A DNA stretch of 64,000 nucleotides from an uncultured Bacilli bacterium. GTDB lineage: Bacteria; Bacillota_I; Bacilli_A; RF39; UBA660. The position numbers and the translations under genes are program-made. Position 1 is the first letter of the stretch. Every line of letters begins with the position of its first letter. The stretch covers positions 476 to 64,475 of the forward strand of contig CATBQD010000009.1 in NCBI GenBank assembly GCA_949505625.1, given 5' to 3'. The notes under the pieces are model-generated. The model did no database searches. It saw only the letters and a list, made by a program, of their open reading frames with translations, and was not told the DNA's origin. Positions 30,513 through 41,296 of the stretch are shown here, piece by piece.

Positions 30513-31523
30513 ATGTTTACTAAAGTGTATGATAAAGTAAAGGAATTTTTGAATCATGAATGGAAATTTTTTATTTTCGTAGTTGTAATTAGTTTTATTA
30601 CAATGTTTGAATTTCCATATTATATAGATACTCCTGGTGGATTACTTGATGTATCTGATCGCATTGAAATTAAAGATAGTTATGAAAGCGAAGGAAGTTT
30701 TAATTTGGCTTATGTTTCTGAATTAAAGGCAACAATTCCAACTTTATTAATAGCTTGGTTTCATCCAGATTGGGATATTTTAAAAGAAGAAGAAGTTTTA
30801 TATGATAATGAAACAGCACGCGATTTAATGTTAAGAGATCAGTTATTATTACAAGAAGCAATTGGGAATGCAACAATTGTAGGGTACCAAAAAGCTGGAA
30901 AAGATGTAGAAATAAAAGAAGAACGAGTATACATAGGATATGTGTTAGAAGATGCAAAAACAGATCTAAAAGTAGGAGACCAAATTTTAGAAGTAAATGG
31001 AATAAAAATAGAAAACAAAGAACAATTATCAAAATTAACTCAAACTTTTAAAGCAAATGAAACTATCAAATTAAAAACACTATATGATGGAAAAGAAATG
31101 ATGAGAACAGCAACGTTACAAGAAGTAGAAGGAAGAATTTTAGTTGGGGTTATATTAACACAAGTAAGTGAAATGAAAACAGATCCTAAAATAGAATTTC
31201 ATTTTTCAAAAAGTGAATCAGGTCCATCTGGTGGACTTATGACAGCGCTTTCTATTTATAATATGTTAACGGAAAAAGACTTAACAAAAGGAAAAACAAT
31301 CGTAGGTACAGGAACGATTGAATTAGATGGAAGTGTAGGAAGTATTGGTGGTGTAAAATATAAATTAAAAGGTGCTGTTAAGAAAAAAGCAGAAATATTT
31401 TTTGTGCCTTCTGGAGAAAATTATGAAGAGGCTATCAAACTAAAAGCGAAAAACAACTATAAAATAGAAATTGTTTCTATATCAAATATTGATGAAGCAA
31501 TTAAATATTTAGAAGATTTATAA
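30513..31523 (+). CDS. YlbL/SepM-like PDZ + Lon-protease-domain (S16) membrane peptidase
   Basis: N-terminal TM, a PDZ domain (..LKVGDQILEVNGIKIENKEQ..) and a C-terminal Lon catalytic region GPSGGLMTALSIYNMLTEKDLTKGKTIVGTGTIELDGSVGSIGGVKYKLKGA. The ATG at 30513 follows GAGGTGA. Confidence 0.7.
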   Translation: MFTKVYDKVKEFLNHEWKFFIFVVVISFITMFEFPYYIDTPGGLLDVSDRIEIKDSYESEGSFNLAYVSELKATIPTLLIAWFHPDWDILKEEEVLYDNETARDLMLRDQLLLQEAIGNATIVGYQKAGKDVEIKEERVYIGYVLEDAKTDLKVGDQILEVNGIKIENKEQLSKLTQTFKANETIKLKTLYDGKEMMRTATLQEVEGRILVGVILTQVSEMKTDPKIEFHFSKSESGPSGGLMTALSIYNMLTEKDLTKGKTIVGTGTIELDGSVGSIGGVKYKLKGAVKKKAEIFFVPSGENYEEAIKLKAKNNYKIEIVSISNIDEAIKYLEDL

Positions 31524-31591
31524 GAAATGATATAATCTTCTTTTTTTGTCTGGATTTATGTTATAATAGAAATAAGTATAGGAGTGTTGTT

Positions 31592-34306
31592 ATGATAGAA
31601 CTAAAAGGGGTTAGTAAAATATACAGGACAAAAAGAGGAGTTAAAACATTAGCGTTAGATAATGTTTCGTTTTGTCTACCTAATAAAGGGCTGTTCTTTA
31701 TTTTAGGAAAAAGCGGTTCTGGTAAATCAACATTATTAAATATTCTAGGTGGATTAGACCAATATAATAGTGGTGATATGCTTGTTGACTCAAAAAGTAC
31801 CAAGAAGTTCTGGGGAAAAGATTTTGATTATTATAGAAATACATATATTGGTTTTATTTTTCAAGAGTTTAATCTATTAGAAGAATATAATGTTTATGAT
31901 AATATTATGCTTAGTAGAAAACTCCAAAAAGAAAAAGTAAGTCAGGAAGTTATTGAGGACTTATTAAATAAAGTTGGAATAGGCGGTCTTGGAAAAAGGC
32001 GGATGAATGAACTTTCAGGAGGTCAGAAACAAAGAGTAGCTATCGCACGTGCTTTAATTAAAAATCCAGAAATTATATTAGCTGATGAACCAACTGGAAA
32101 TTTAGATGAAGAAACTGGAAAGCAAATATTTAATCTTTTAAAATCAATTTCTAGAGAAAAACTTGTTGTAATTGTTTCTCATGATAGAGATTCAGCGCTT
32201 GCTTATGCAGATGGAATTATTGAAATAGCAGATGGAAAAATCATTTCTAACAATATTCAATTACCAATAGAAGAAAATAAAACATTTAAATCTAAAAAAT
32301 CAAAGTTACCATTTTCTGCTAGTTTAAAATTTGCTTTTTCAAATTTAGGAAGTCATAAAGTAAAACTGTTTTTTACTATTTTATTAGTTTTTATGTCTAT
32401 CACTTTTTTTGGAGCTTCTAAGATATTATCGAAATTTGATATTGAAAAAAGTCATGCCGAGACAATGGTAGAAGACGAGAATGAATATATTACTATAAAA
32501 AAAGGAACTTATGATAGTTATAATCGTAGTTGGTATAATGGTTACGATGATCTTGAACTAACAGCAGAAGATATAGAGTTTGTATCAAAGAAATTAAAAA
32601 GTCCATATGTAAATAAATATTTATTAAATGAAAATAATGAACCAGTCACTTTTGACATTGATTATAAAGGAATGTTCAATAATGAGAAAACATCATCTTA
32701 TTATTTGATGGTACCTGAAAATTTACGATTTATAGAGGCTGATTCACAATTTATCAATCAAGAAGTAATTGGAAAATATCCAAATGCTTATGATGAAATT
32801 ATGATACATAGCTATTTTGCTGATTATATTATGCAGTATGGAATTTTATTATATGAAGAGAATCCAAACCAATTTAAAAAAGAATACTATAAACCAACTA
32901 GCTATGAAGATTTTCTCACGAATGATAAATATCTAAAATTAGGAACAACAAAAGTAAAAGTTACAGGTATTATTATAGATGATACAGAACCATTTCAGTA
33001 TTTGAAAGAAATTCATTATAGAGAACAAATGGGACTCCAAACAGAAGCACTTTTGGGGGTACCAACAAGCAATAATAAATATTATGAATTTAGCGCGAAA
33101 ATTCTGAGTGGATCGACCGATATTTATGTAGCAAAAGGGTTTGCTAAAAATGTTGGATTAAAACCAAATACAGCGATTGATAGTAGCTATTATGCTGTTC
33201 AAATTAGTCAAAATGAAAAAACGAATTACGTAAGAGAAAATACTCGTTATTTAGAAAATAAAGTAAGTATTTTTAATGGTGAAAAAATAGAAACTATTGA
33301 AACGTTACAAAATAATGAAATAATTGTTTCAGAAAGCTATTTAGATACTATTTCTAAAAATGAATATACAAAATTAAAAGAACAATATATCAAAAATTAT
33401 AATGAAGAGGTTCGAAAACTAGAAATAGATAACAAAGCCATTCGAGAAGAAAATAAAAAATTATTGGAAGATTATGAACAAAAGCTAGAAAATGATCCAG
33501 AAATAGAAGAACCAATTTTAAAAGAAGAAAAAGAAATCGAATATAAAGATGATGATGAATTAAAACAGGAATTTTTGAAAAATTATGTAAAAGAAAACAA
33601 TATATTAACAAATAACATATCTCTTGTATTATCCAATCGACAAGATGCGAAACTAATAAAAAAAATTGAAAATTTAACGATTGTTGGAATTGAATTAGAT
33701 GGAGATAATGTCTATATTCCTAATACAGTTGCCCAAGAGTTTATGAGAGATAATTATTATATTTGTAATCTTTTAATTAGAGAAAAAGAAGAAAAAATAA
33801 TTGAAAAAATATTTGTAGATTTTCCTTATAATGATGCAAAATATTTGAGTATTACAACGTATTCTGGAAATATTTCAACAATTAGTTCAGCTTTAGGCAG
33901 TTTAGCTTTCTTAGCAAAATATGCAAGTTATATATTCGGCATATTTGCCTTTATTTTGCTTACTAATTTTATCGTGACTTCTATTTACTATAATAAGAAA
34001 ACAATTGGAATATTAAGAGCAATAGGAGCTAGAAAAAGAGATGTCTTTAAAATATTCTTAAATGAAGGAATGATTATCGGAGTGTTCTCTTTGCTGTTAT
34101 CTATTATTACTTTATTTGCAGCAATTTTTATTACAAATAATTATATTTCAAGTAGATTATTCTTCCATATTAATTTTATTACTTTTACAAAGGAAAATTT
34201 AGTAATTATTATTGGAAGTGTATTTATGATTATCTTTATTTCATCTTTATTTACAGTGAGAAGGATCGCAAAAATGAATCCAGTAGATGCCATTTTAAAT
34301 AAATAG
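31592..34306 (+). CDS. Fused ABC transporter ATPase + FtsX-type permease (MacB-like) with a very large extracytoplasmic domain
   Basis: Walker A GKSGSGKST. ABC signature LSGGQKQRVAIARAL. Walker B ILADEPT. Then a TM, a ~480-aa extracytoplasmic region with a coiled-coil, and three C-terminal TMs (FtsX fold). Confidence 0.8.
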   Translation: MIELKGVSKIYRTKRGVKTLALDNVSFCLPNKGLFFILGKSGSGKSTLLNILGGLDQYNSGDMLVDSKSTKKFWGKDFDYYRNTYIGFIFQEFNLLEEYNVYDNIMLSRKLQKEKVSQEVIEDLLNKVGIGGLGKRRMNELSGGQKQRVAIARALIKNPEIILADEPTGNLDEETGKQIFNLLKSISREKLVVIVSHDRDSALAYADGIIEIADGKIISNNIQLPIEENKTFKSKKSKLPFSASLKFAFSNLGSHKVKLFFTILLVFMSITFFGASKILSKFDIEKSHAETMVEDENEYITIKKGTYDSYNRSWYNGYDDLELTAEDIEFVSKKLKSPYVNKYLLNENNEPVTFDIDYKGMFNNEKTSSYYLMVPENLRFIEADSQFINQEVIGKYPNAYDEIMIHSYFADYIMQYGILLYEENPNQFKKEYYKPTSYEDFLTNDKYLKLGTTKVKVTGIIIDDTEPFQYLKEIHYREQMGLQTEALLGVPTSNNKYYEFSAKILSGSTDIYVAKGFAKNVGLKPNTAIDSSYYAVQISQNEKTNYVRENTRYLENKVSIFNGEKIETIETLQNNEIIVSESYLDTISKNEYTKLKEQYIKNYNEEVRKLEIDNKAIREENKKLLEDYEQKLENDPEIEEPILKEEKEIEYKDDDELKQEFLKNYVKENNILTNNISLVLSNRQDAKLIKKIENLTIVGIELDGDNVYIPNTVAQEFMRDNYYICNLLIREKEEKIIEKIFVDFPYNDAKYLSITTYSGNISTISSALGSLAFLAKYASYIFGIFAFILLTNFIVTSIYYNKKTIGILRAIGARKRDVFKIFLNEGMIIGVFSLLLSIITLFAAIFITNNYISSRLFFHINFITFTKENLVIIIGSVFMIIFISSLFTVRRIAKMNPVDAILNK

Positions 34307-34377
34307 TATACAAATGCAAGTCACAAGTTTGTGATTTGTATTTTTTGTGTTATAGTATTAGCAAAAGGAGTGAGTTT

Positions 34378-34881
34378 ATGAAAAAAACATTAATAATAAG
34401 TTTCATTTTGGTATTTTGTTTTTCATTAACTGGATGTAAGCAGAAAATAGAAAAAGATGATTCATTAAAAGAAAAGCAAGAAGAAAAAATTGATTTTATT
34501 ATAAATGAGCCAGCTGAATTAAATGAAATTGATGGAGTTTTAATGCGAATAAAGGAAGGAACCTTAACAAGAACAAGCGCTACAATTGTTATTTATGATT
34601 ATACAAAAGAGGATAATATTTATGGAAGTGCTTATCGTATTGATCAAAAAAAGAATGGAAAATGGGTTTCTTTAAAAACGATTGATGGAAAAGACTGGAC
34701 AGAAATTATGTGGACATTGATTGGATATCGTGTTGATGAACACGACCGTCTAGAAATAAAGATTGGATGGGAAAAAATGTATGGACCTTTAGAAGATGGA
34801 GAATATCGAATTGTAAAAAGCACAAGTAATCAAAACGATTCAAAAGAACGATACTTCTCAGTTGAATTTATACTGAAATAA
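34378..34881 (+). CDS. Lipoprotein, unknown function
   Basis: MKKTLIISFILVFCFSLTGCK (lipobox LTGC). The ATG at 34378 follows AAAGGAG. The ORF-track start is further upstream and unlikely. Confidence 0.6.
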   Translation: MKKTLIISFILVFCFSLTGCKQKIEKDDSLKEKQEEKIDFIINEPAELNEIDGVLMRIKEGTLTRTSATIVIYDYTKEDNIYGSAYRIDQKKNGKWVSLKTIDGKDWTEIMWTLIGYRVDEHDRLEIKIGWEKMYGPLEDGEYRIVKSTSNQNDSKERYFSVEFILK

Positions 34882-34983
34882 GCAAAAAATGAAAAAGCAA
34901 GAATTTCTTGCTTTTTTTGTAAAAAAAATTTGATAGAATAATAGTATCATTTTTTGTATGATGAATTCGGAAAGGAGGAATTT

Positions 34984-35703
34984 ATGAACCTAGGTGAAAA
35001 AATAGTCAAGATTAGAAAAGATAATAAAATGTCTCAAGATGACCTCGCTGAAGTTTTAAATGTTACAAGACAAACGATTTCAAATTGGGAAAATTCAAAA
35101 AATTATCCTGATATTGAAACTTTAATTCAACTTAGTGACAAATTTCATATTTCTTTAGATGTTTTATTAAAAGGTGATAAAAAAATGGTTTATAAAATGG
35201 ATAAGAAAATGAAGAATGGAAAAAAGTTTAAAATTGTTACAATTATTTTAATATTGTTACTGTTTTTTATAAGTATTTTTGGAATTTTTGCTTACCAGAT
35301 GAAAAGAGAAAAAGCTAGAAAAGAGGAGCAAAAGTATAATGCTCTTATGAATAATGTTGAAGAGTTAGGATTTCAAAAAGATGGAATTGGCTTTGCTTAT
35401 ATTGAAGAAGATGGGATAACCTATAAAGTATTTATAAAAAAACCATTACCAGAAGAAAATCGTATTAGTGCAAGTACAATCCTATTTAGTGATCAAGAAG
35501 CAATTTATGCTGATTATGATGGTAAAAAAGCAAAAGTAACTTATTTAAATGAAAATAAAATAACAGTTTATTGTGACCAAAATGGAAATTTATTGAATGA
35601 AAACCAAGAGAAAAATCATACTTTCATTTATGAGAAATATCAAGATAGAACAATTTCTGTTGTAACTAGAATGGCGAAACTGTTTGATAACATTTACAAA
35701 TAG
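34984..35703 (+). CDS. Membrane-anchored XRE-family HTH transcriptional regulator
   Basis: N-terminal HTH LGEKIVKIRKDNKMSQDDLAEVLNVTRQTISNWENSKNYP. A single TM (IVTIILILLLFFISIFGIF) and then an extracytoplasmic domain. The ATG at 34984 follows GGAAAGGAGG. Confidence 0.65.
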   Translation: MNLGEKIVKIRKDNKMSQDDLAEVLNVTRQTISNWENSKNYPDIETLIQLSDKFHISLDVLLKGDKKMVYKMDKKMKNGKKFKIVTIILILLLFFISIFGIFAYQMKREKARKEEQKYNALMNNVEELGFQKDGIGFAYIEEDGITYKVFIKKPLPEENRISASTILFSDQEAIYADYDGKKAKVTYLNENKITVYCDQNGNLLNENQEKNHTFIYEKYQDRTISVVTRMAKLFDNIYK

Positions 35704-35789
35704 TATTCAATCAAATAAAATTCATGAAATAAAAGAGAAAAAATGGACTTCTCTTTTATTTTTGTGTTAAAATAGGAACAGGTGAGACC

Positions 35790-38348
35790 ATGAAACGTAG
35801 TGAAGTAGATTTAACAAAAGTAACGCCTGCAATGAGGCAATATTTAGAAATAAAAGAAGCAAATCCGGATGTTGTTTTATTTTTTAGATTAGGGGATTTT
35901 TATGAAATGTTTTTCGAAGATGCTATCACAGTATCTAGAGAACTAGAATTAACCTTAACAAGTAAAAATGCCGGTTTAGGGGAAAAAATACCAATGAGTG
36001 GTGTTCCACATCATGCAGCCAATGTTTATATTGATAAATTAATTGAAAAGGGATATAAAGTTGGAATTTGTGAACAATTAGAGGACCCAAAATCTGTAAA
36101 AGGAATTGTGAAAAGAGGACTCATACAAATTGTTTCTAGAGGAACTATTTTTAATAATGAATCTTTAGTTGAAAATGATTTTAATTATATCGGAAGTATT
36201 TTAGATTTTCATCATGCTTATGCAATTGCTTATGCTGACATATCAACAGGAGCAATCTATGCAGAATTGGTAGAACATAATGCAAGTAAACTGGTAAGCG
36301 AAGTAGTTAGCATTGGATTAAAAGAAGCTATTATTAGTGATAAAGTGGAGAAATCAGTTGTCTCTATGCTAAAAAATCAATTTAAAATTTCAGTTTCTAT
36401 TTCTGATGCAATTGATGATTTAGAAGAATATGGATATATTTATGAAGATGTTGAAGATATGCGTTATATAGAAGCAATTAAGCATTTGCTTACTTATGTT
36501 ACAAATACTCAAAAAAGAAGCTTGTCTCATTTACAAAAAGTAGTGATTGAAGAATCAAAAAATCATTTAAAAATGGATATTCATACGAAAAGAAATTTGG
36601 AATTAACAGAAACATTGCGTTTAAAACAAAGAAATTTTTCTTTGATTTGGTTACTGGATAAAACAAAAACAGCAATGGGTGCTAGAATGTTAAAATCGTT
36701 TATTGAAAATCCATTAGTGGATAAAGAAGAAATTAATCGTAGATATGATGTAGTAGAAACATTGTTAAAAGAATTTATTTTAAAAGAGGATTTGTGTGCA
36801 GCTCTATTTGAAGTTTATGATTTGGAACGATTAAGCGGACGCGTGGCTTTTGGAAATGCGAATGCAAGAGATTTGTTACAATTAAAAACTTCATTGAAAG
36901 TATTACCAACAATTCGTGATATTTTAGAGAAAATTGGTTTTTATGAAAATATAGAAACTTTGGATGATTTATATCAGTTATTAGAAACTAGCATTTATGA
37001 AAATCCTCCTTTATCAATCAAAGAAGGTTATTTAATTAAAGAAGGATATAACGCTGAACTTGATGAATTAAAAGATTTAAGAAAAGGTGGAAAAGATTTT
37101 GTTGCTCGATTTGAAGCAGAGGAAAAAGAAAAAACAGGTATCAAAAACTTAAAAGTCGGATACAATAAAGTATTTGGTTATTATATTGAAATTTCTAAGG
37201 GAAATGTATCTATGGTAAAACCAGAATATGGATATGAAAGAAAACAGACATTAACCAACTGTGAACGATATATTAGTCCAATTTTAAAAGAAAAGGAAGC
37301 GTTAATTTTAAATGCTGAAGAAAAAATAGTAGAATTAGAATATACTTTATTTTCTGAAATTCGAGAAAAAATCAAAGGATATATTCCAAGATTGCAAAAA
37401 ATTTCTAAAACAATTAGTGAAATCGATGTATTACAATCCTTCACAACAGTAACAGAAGAAAATAATTATATTAGACCCGTTTTAACAGATGAAAAAGTTA
37501 TTGAAATTATCGATGATAGGCATCCTGTTGTTGAAAAAGTAATAGATGGGGAGTATGTTCCAAATGATATTTTGATGGATAAAAATACAGATATTTTATT
37601 AATTACGGGGCCAAATATGGCTGGAAAATCAACTTATATGAGACAATTAGCAATCACTGTTATTATGGCTCAAATTGGTTGTTTTGTTCCTGCTAGTAAA
37701 GCTATTCTTCCTATTTTTGACCACATTTTTACTAGAATTGGAGCAAGTGATGACTTGGTAAGCGGAGAATCAACCTTTATGGTAGAAATGATGGAAGCTA
37801 ATCATGCTATTAGCAACGCAACGGAAAACAGCTTGATTTTATTTGATGAACTCGGAAGAGGAACTGCTACTTTTGATGGAATGAGTTTAGCACAAGCAAT
37901 TATTGAATATATTCATGATAATATTCATGCTAAAACTTTATTTTCAACTCATTACCATGAATTAACAGATTTAGAAAAAAATTTAAAACATTTAAAAAAT
38001 ATTCATGTGAGTGCTCATGAAGAAGATGGAAATATTACCTTTCTTCACAAAATTAAAACAGGTAGTGTTGATAAAAGTTATGGAATTCATGTTGCTAAAT
38101 TAGCAAATCTTCCAGATAGCCTTATCAAAAGAGCAAATCAAATTTTAACTGTCTATGAAAACGCAGAGAAAAAAAGAGATATAAAGATTCAAGAATCTTT
38201 ACCAATTGATGAACTTGTTAGTGTACCTCAAAAATCAAAAATAGAAGAAGAATTAGAACAGATTAATCCAATGGAAATCACTCCATTAGAAGCATTAAAT
38301 ATTTTGTATCGTTTAAAAAATGAAGTAAAGGGTAAAATAAATTCATAG
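35790..38348 (+). CDS. mutS: DNA mismatch repair protein MutS
   Basis: Mismatch-binding N-terminus (GDFYEMFFEDA). Walker A GPNMAGKSTYMRQ. C-terminal HTH. No mutL follows it in this window. Confidence 0.95.
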   Translation: MKRSEVDLTKVTPAMRQYLEIKEANPDVVLFFRLGDFYEMFFEDAITVSRELELTLTSKNAGLGEKIPMSGVPHHAANVYIDKLIEKGYKVGICEQLEDPKSVKGIVKRGLIQIVSRGTIFNNESLVENDFNYIGSILDFHHAYAIAYADISTGAIYAELVEHNASKLVSEVVSIGLKEAIISDKVEKSVVSMLKNQFKISVSISDAIDDLEEYGYIYEDVEDMRYIEAIKHLLTYVTNTQKRSLSHLQKVVIEESKNHLKMDIHTKRNLELTETLRLKQRNFSLIWLLDKTKTAMGARMLKSFIENPLVDKEEINRRYDVVETLLKEFILKEDLCAALFEVYDLERLSGRVAFGNANARDLLQLKTSLKVLPTIRDILEKIGFYENIETLDDLYQLLETSIYENPPLSIKEGYLIKEGYNAELDELKDLRKGGKDFVARFEAEEKEKTGIKNLKVGYNKVFGYYIEISKGNVSMVKPEYGYERKQTLTNCERYISPILKEKEALILNAEEKIVELEYTLFSEIREKIKGYIPRLQKISKTISEIDVLQSFTTVTEENNYIRPVLTDEKVIEIIDDRHPVVEKVIDGEYVPNDILMDKNTDILLITGPNMAGKSTYMRQLAITVIMAQIGCFVPASKAILPIFDHIFTRIGASDDLVSGESTFMVEMMEANHAISNATENSLILFDELGRGTATFDGMSLAQAIIEYIHDNIHAKTLFSTHYHELTDLEKNLKHLKNIHVSAHEEDGNITFLHKIKTGSVDKSYGIHVAKLANLPDSLIKRANQILTVYENAEKKRDIKIQESLPIDELVSVPQKSKIEEELEQINPMEITPLEALNILYRLKNEVKGKINS

Positions 38349-38367
38349 AATAAAAAGGGAGGATATT

Positions 38368-38877
38368 ATGAAACTGTTAGAAAAAGAAAATTGGTGGATT
38401 TGGCTTATTTTGGCGTTTTTATCAGGCGGAACAAGTGTTCTTGTCTTAGCCGCTTTATTAGATATATATGATAAAGAAGCGTGGTATTATAGATGGGTAC
38501 AAAAATTACCAAAACCGTTATTGATTATTGGAATTTCCTTGTTTGGATTAGTATCACTATTTTCAGCTTTTGCGTTCCCATATTTATCATCTTTTGATAT
38601 GAATCATTTAAATCCAGCCTTGGCTATCGTTATTTCTATTTTGTCAATTATCTATATGATTATAGAAATTATTTTAGTGATTTTTCAAATTCAGATTGTA
38701 TGTGAAGTAAATGCGAAGTTAGGAACTCCTGGAAGTGAGATCTATTTATCACCATATATTTGGATTTTAGGACTCATTATTCCAATAATTGGCTGGATAA
38801 TGCTAATTGTAATGGTGTTTTATTTACAAATCTGGTATTTGGTGATGTTATATCGCGGAATTTATATTGAAAATTAA
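38368..38877 (+). CDS. Small polytopic membrane protein (4 TM), unknown function
   Basis: ORF with four hydrophobic segments. No recognisable motif. Confidence 0.45.
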   Translation: MKLLEKENWWIWLILAFLSGGTSVLVLAALLDIYDKEAWYYRWVQKLPKPLLIIGISLFGLVSLFSAFAFPYLSSFDMNHLNPALAIVISILSIIYMIIEIILVIFQIQIVCEVNAKLGTPGSEIYLSPYIWILGLIIPIIGWIMLIVMVFYLQIWYLVMLYRGIYIEN

Positions 38878-38980
38878 AAAATAACTGTAAAGTTGTTTTT
38901 TTCTTTGGATATTTTTTGACAAAGGAAAATATCTATAGTATAATGTTTAAAGTTAGAATAAAAGGTATGGAGGGGTAAGT

Positions 38981-40459
38981 ATGGTAAGTAATTCTAAGGT
39001 TATTTATCTACAAAAAGAAGATGGAAGAAGCATAAAAGCCTATGTAGTTAGCTTTTTATTAGATCAAACGACTGGTAAAACATATGTAATTGTTGCAAAT
39101 CAAAATGGGAAAAATGCTAAGGGATATGAAGTTGTAGAAAATCAAGCGGTTATTCTTTCTAGTGAAGAAAGTACAATATTTAAGGGATATAAAAGTAATC
39201 CTAATTTTTTGGATATTACAAATGAATTTGAAGATGGAATTAGTTTGGAATTGGTAAAAGAAGCAAAAAAAGAGGAAACCGTTGAAGTTGTTTATTATGT
39301 TTATGATAATAATAGTTTAAGTGCATATAGAGCAACTTTATCAACATCTAATGTTTTATCAAATATACATTTTTTAAAGAACTGGGAAAAAGTTCGTGAA
39401 GCTGATATTGCCCGTGTTGTAAATGAGAATCAATACCCAGAACCAGCTTTTGTTATATATGATAAAGTAAATGATCTAGAATATGGAAAAGATGGGACAG
39501 TGACACCTTTAAAGTGGGTGGCTGTGAGTGATATTCCTTATGAAAGTAGACCAGACATTTATGATGAGGCAATTGAAGACTTTTTAGATGCAGCAGAACC
39601 AATCCAGGATGAAAACTCTGGGCCTTCTCTAATTGAAAATGAACTTTCAGATGAACCAGTAGATGAACCACTTCAAGAGGAGATAACTGATATTGTGATA
39701 GACGGGAAACCAATTGTTTTTTATGTTTATGATCAAAATGTTGTAAAAAAGTATAGCGCATTATTGACTCACGAAACAGAAGATGAAATTGAAATAAAAG
39801 ATGTAAAAACGATCGAGGTAATTACTGGAGCGACCAATTTGGATATAAAACGATTCTTAGCTGGAGAAGAGGTAGTTATTGGATCTTATTTTGTAAATTA
39901 TGATGATTATAACCCAACAATTGAAAATATTAATGGAAAATTAATAGCAGTAGCAACTTTAAATAATGCAATTTGTAAAACTGAAGAAATGGCCAAACAA
40001 GCCTTTGAAGAAGACCCCGAACCAATTATACAAACAAATGAGGAACTTACTTCAAAAAAAATCTTAGTATTTAATGGTGATATTGATGTTTATGATAATC
40101 AAACTCATTATACAATTTGGGGATGCTTTTGCACTATATTATCAGAAGAACCTCTTACAATAGTTCCTGATAAAAATGGGGTAAAGACAATTATATATGA
40201 AGATGAAAAATCTTCTTCTATTAATGAAGTTTGCCAGAAATATCAAAATTTGTATCCAGGAATTTCAGTTTATTTAACTGGTGCTGAAATCAAGGGTTCA
40301 AATGAAATTATATTAAATGAATATACTTGTTTTGAACCTCAACCTGAAAAAAACGAAGGAACTTTATTAGAAAGTGGAAGAAAAGTATTAACAGAAGAAG
40401 AAATGATAGCTAAAAGAGAAAAAGAATTAGCAGATTTAAAAAAAAATAACAGATACTAA
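38981..40459 (+). CDS. Acidic protein with internal repeats (DUF1292-like modules?). The reading frame continues beyond the annotated stop after homopolymer frameshifts.
   Basis: Repeated modules, e.g. VEVVYYVYDNNSLSAYRATL and IVFYVYDQNVVKKYSALL. There is an N-terminal DUF1292-like pattern (short beta-strand / acidic / short-strand). The coding potential continues to ~40830 through an A8 run at 40438 and a T4A5 run at ~40650 (see findings). Confidence 0.5.
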   Translation: MVSNSKVIYLQKEDGRSIKAYVVSFLLDQTTGKTYVIVANQNGKNAKGYEVVENQAVILSSEESTIFKGYKSNPNFLDITNEFEDGISLELVKEAKKEETVEVVYYVYDNNSLSAYRATLSTSNVLSNIHFLKNWEKVREADIARVVNENQYPEPAFVIYDKVNDLEYGKDGTVTPLKWVAVSDIPYESRPDIYDEAIEDFLDAAEPIQDENSGPSLIENELSDEPVDEPLQEEITDIVIDGKPIVFYVYDQNVVKKYSALLTHETEDEIEIKDVKTIEVITGATNLDIKRFLAGEEVVIGSYFVNYDDYNPTIENINGKLIAVATLNNAICKTEEMAKQAFEEDPEPIIQTNEELTSKKILVFNGDIDVYDNQTHYTIWGCFCTILSEEPLTIVPDKNGVKTIIYEDEKSSSINEVCQKYQNLYPGISVYLTGAEIKGSNEIILNEYTCFEPQPEKNEGTLLESGRKVLTEEEMIAKREKELADLKKNNRY

Positions 40460-40871
40460 TAGAAATCTGCCAATAACAGAAGAATTTTTAAAAAACTGTC
40501 CAAATGATCTAGAATTTGCAAGTTATTTAAGAGCAATAGAAAATGCTGGAGTGACAAGAGAACATATGAGTGAAACAGGGTTTTTAGCTCAAGTTGAAGA
40601 AAGAAAAAGATTAATACTGGAAGCTAATTCTTTATCAAGTGTTTTAAAAACTATTTGCCTGCTAATGAAACGAATTTAAAAATGCTGAGACAGATTGAAA
40701 AATTGGAGCATTTAGGGCAAAGACCAGAAGAAATTATAGTAGCTTTGAAAATTCCAGATGCTGTTTTAGTACAATTACAGCTAGGATTACTTGCACCAGC
40801 TGTGAGTATAGAAACCCAAAGGAAAAAGTAATTGAACATTCTTTTTCTTTTATTTTATCAAGGAGAATAAT

Positions 40872-41231
40872 ATGAAACGATTAAAACAAGAGACTTTAAA
40901 TGACTATAATGAACTTACTATGGAAATGAAGAAACTAAACATGTCGAAAGAGGAACAAATTGAGTATTTAAAATTGCGATTATTATATTGCGAATATAAG
41001 TCGAAAAGAAAAATTAAAATTGAAAGATTATTGTTTTTAGGTTTATTCTTTGTCTTAATTGGGTTTTATTTAATTACTATTCGGCTTTATTTACTTGGAA
41101 TTTTAAGTATGTCTCTTTCAGGCATATATATATCTTATAAAATAATTACGATAGCAGAAGAAATTAAAGAGAATTCAAAAGGAAGCGAAAGGAAAAAATT
41201 GCTTTCTCTTTTAGCTTCTAATTTTGAGTAG
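40872..41231 (+). CDS. Small 2-TM membrane protein, unknown function
   Basis: ORF with hydrophobic helices LLFLGLFFVLIGFYLITIRLYLLGILSMSLSGIYI. Confidence 0.4.
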   Translation: MKRLKQETLNDYNELTMEMKKLNMSKEEQIEYLKLRLLYCEYKSKRKIKIERLLFLGLFFVLIGFYLITIRLYLLGILSMSLSGIYISYKIITIAEEIKENSKGSERKKLLSLLASNFE

Positions 41232-41296
41232 GAAAGTTCCTATTTTTTCTTTTGTTTTTGTTTTATTTATGATAAAATTAAAAAAGGTGATAATAA

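Noticed and set aside
26970-33611. Short ORFs 26970..27170, 29552..29749, 30038..30292, 30700..31032, 31561..31803 and 33390..33611
   Set aside because: All are antisense or alternate-frame segments within pilB, ylbJ, ylbL and the ABC transporter. Low-complexity translations.
38349-38400. An expected mutL gene downstream of mutS
   Set aside because: It is not present in the window. mutS is followed by an unrelated membrane protein. This may simply reflect lineage-specific gene order and is not treated as a finding.
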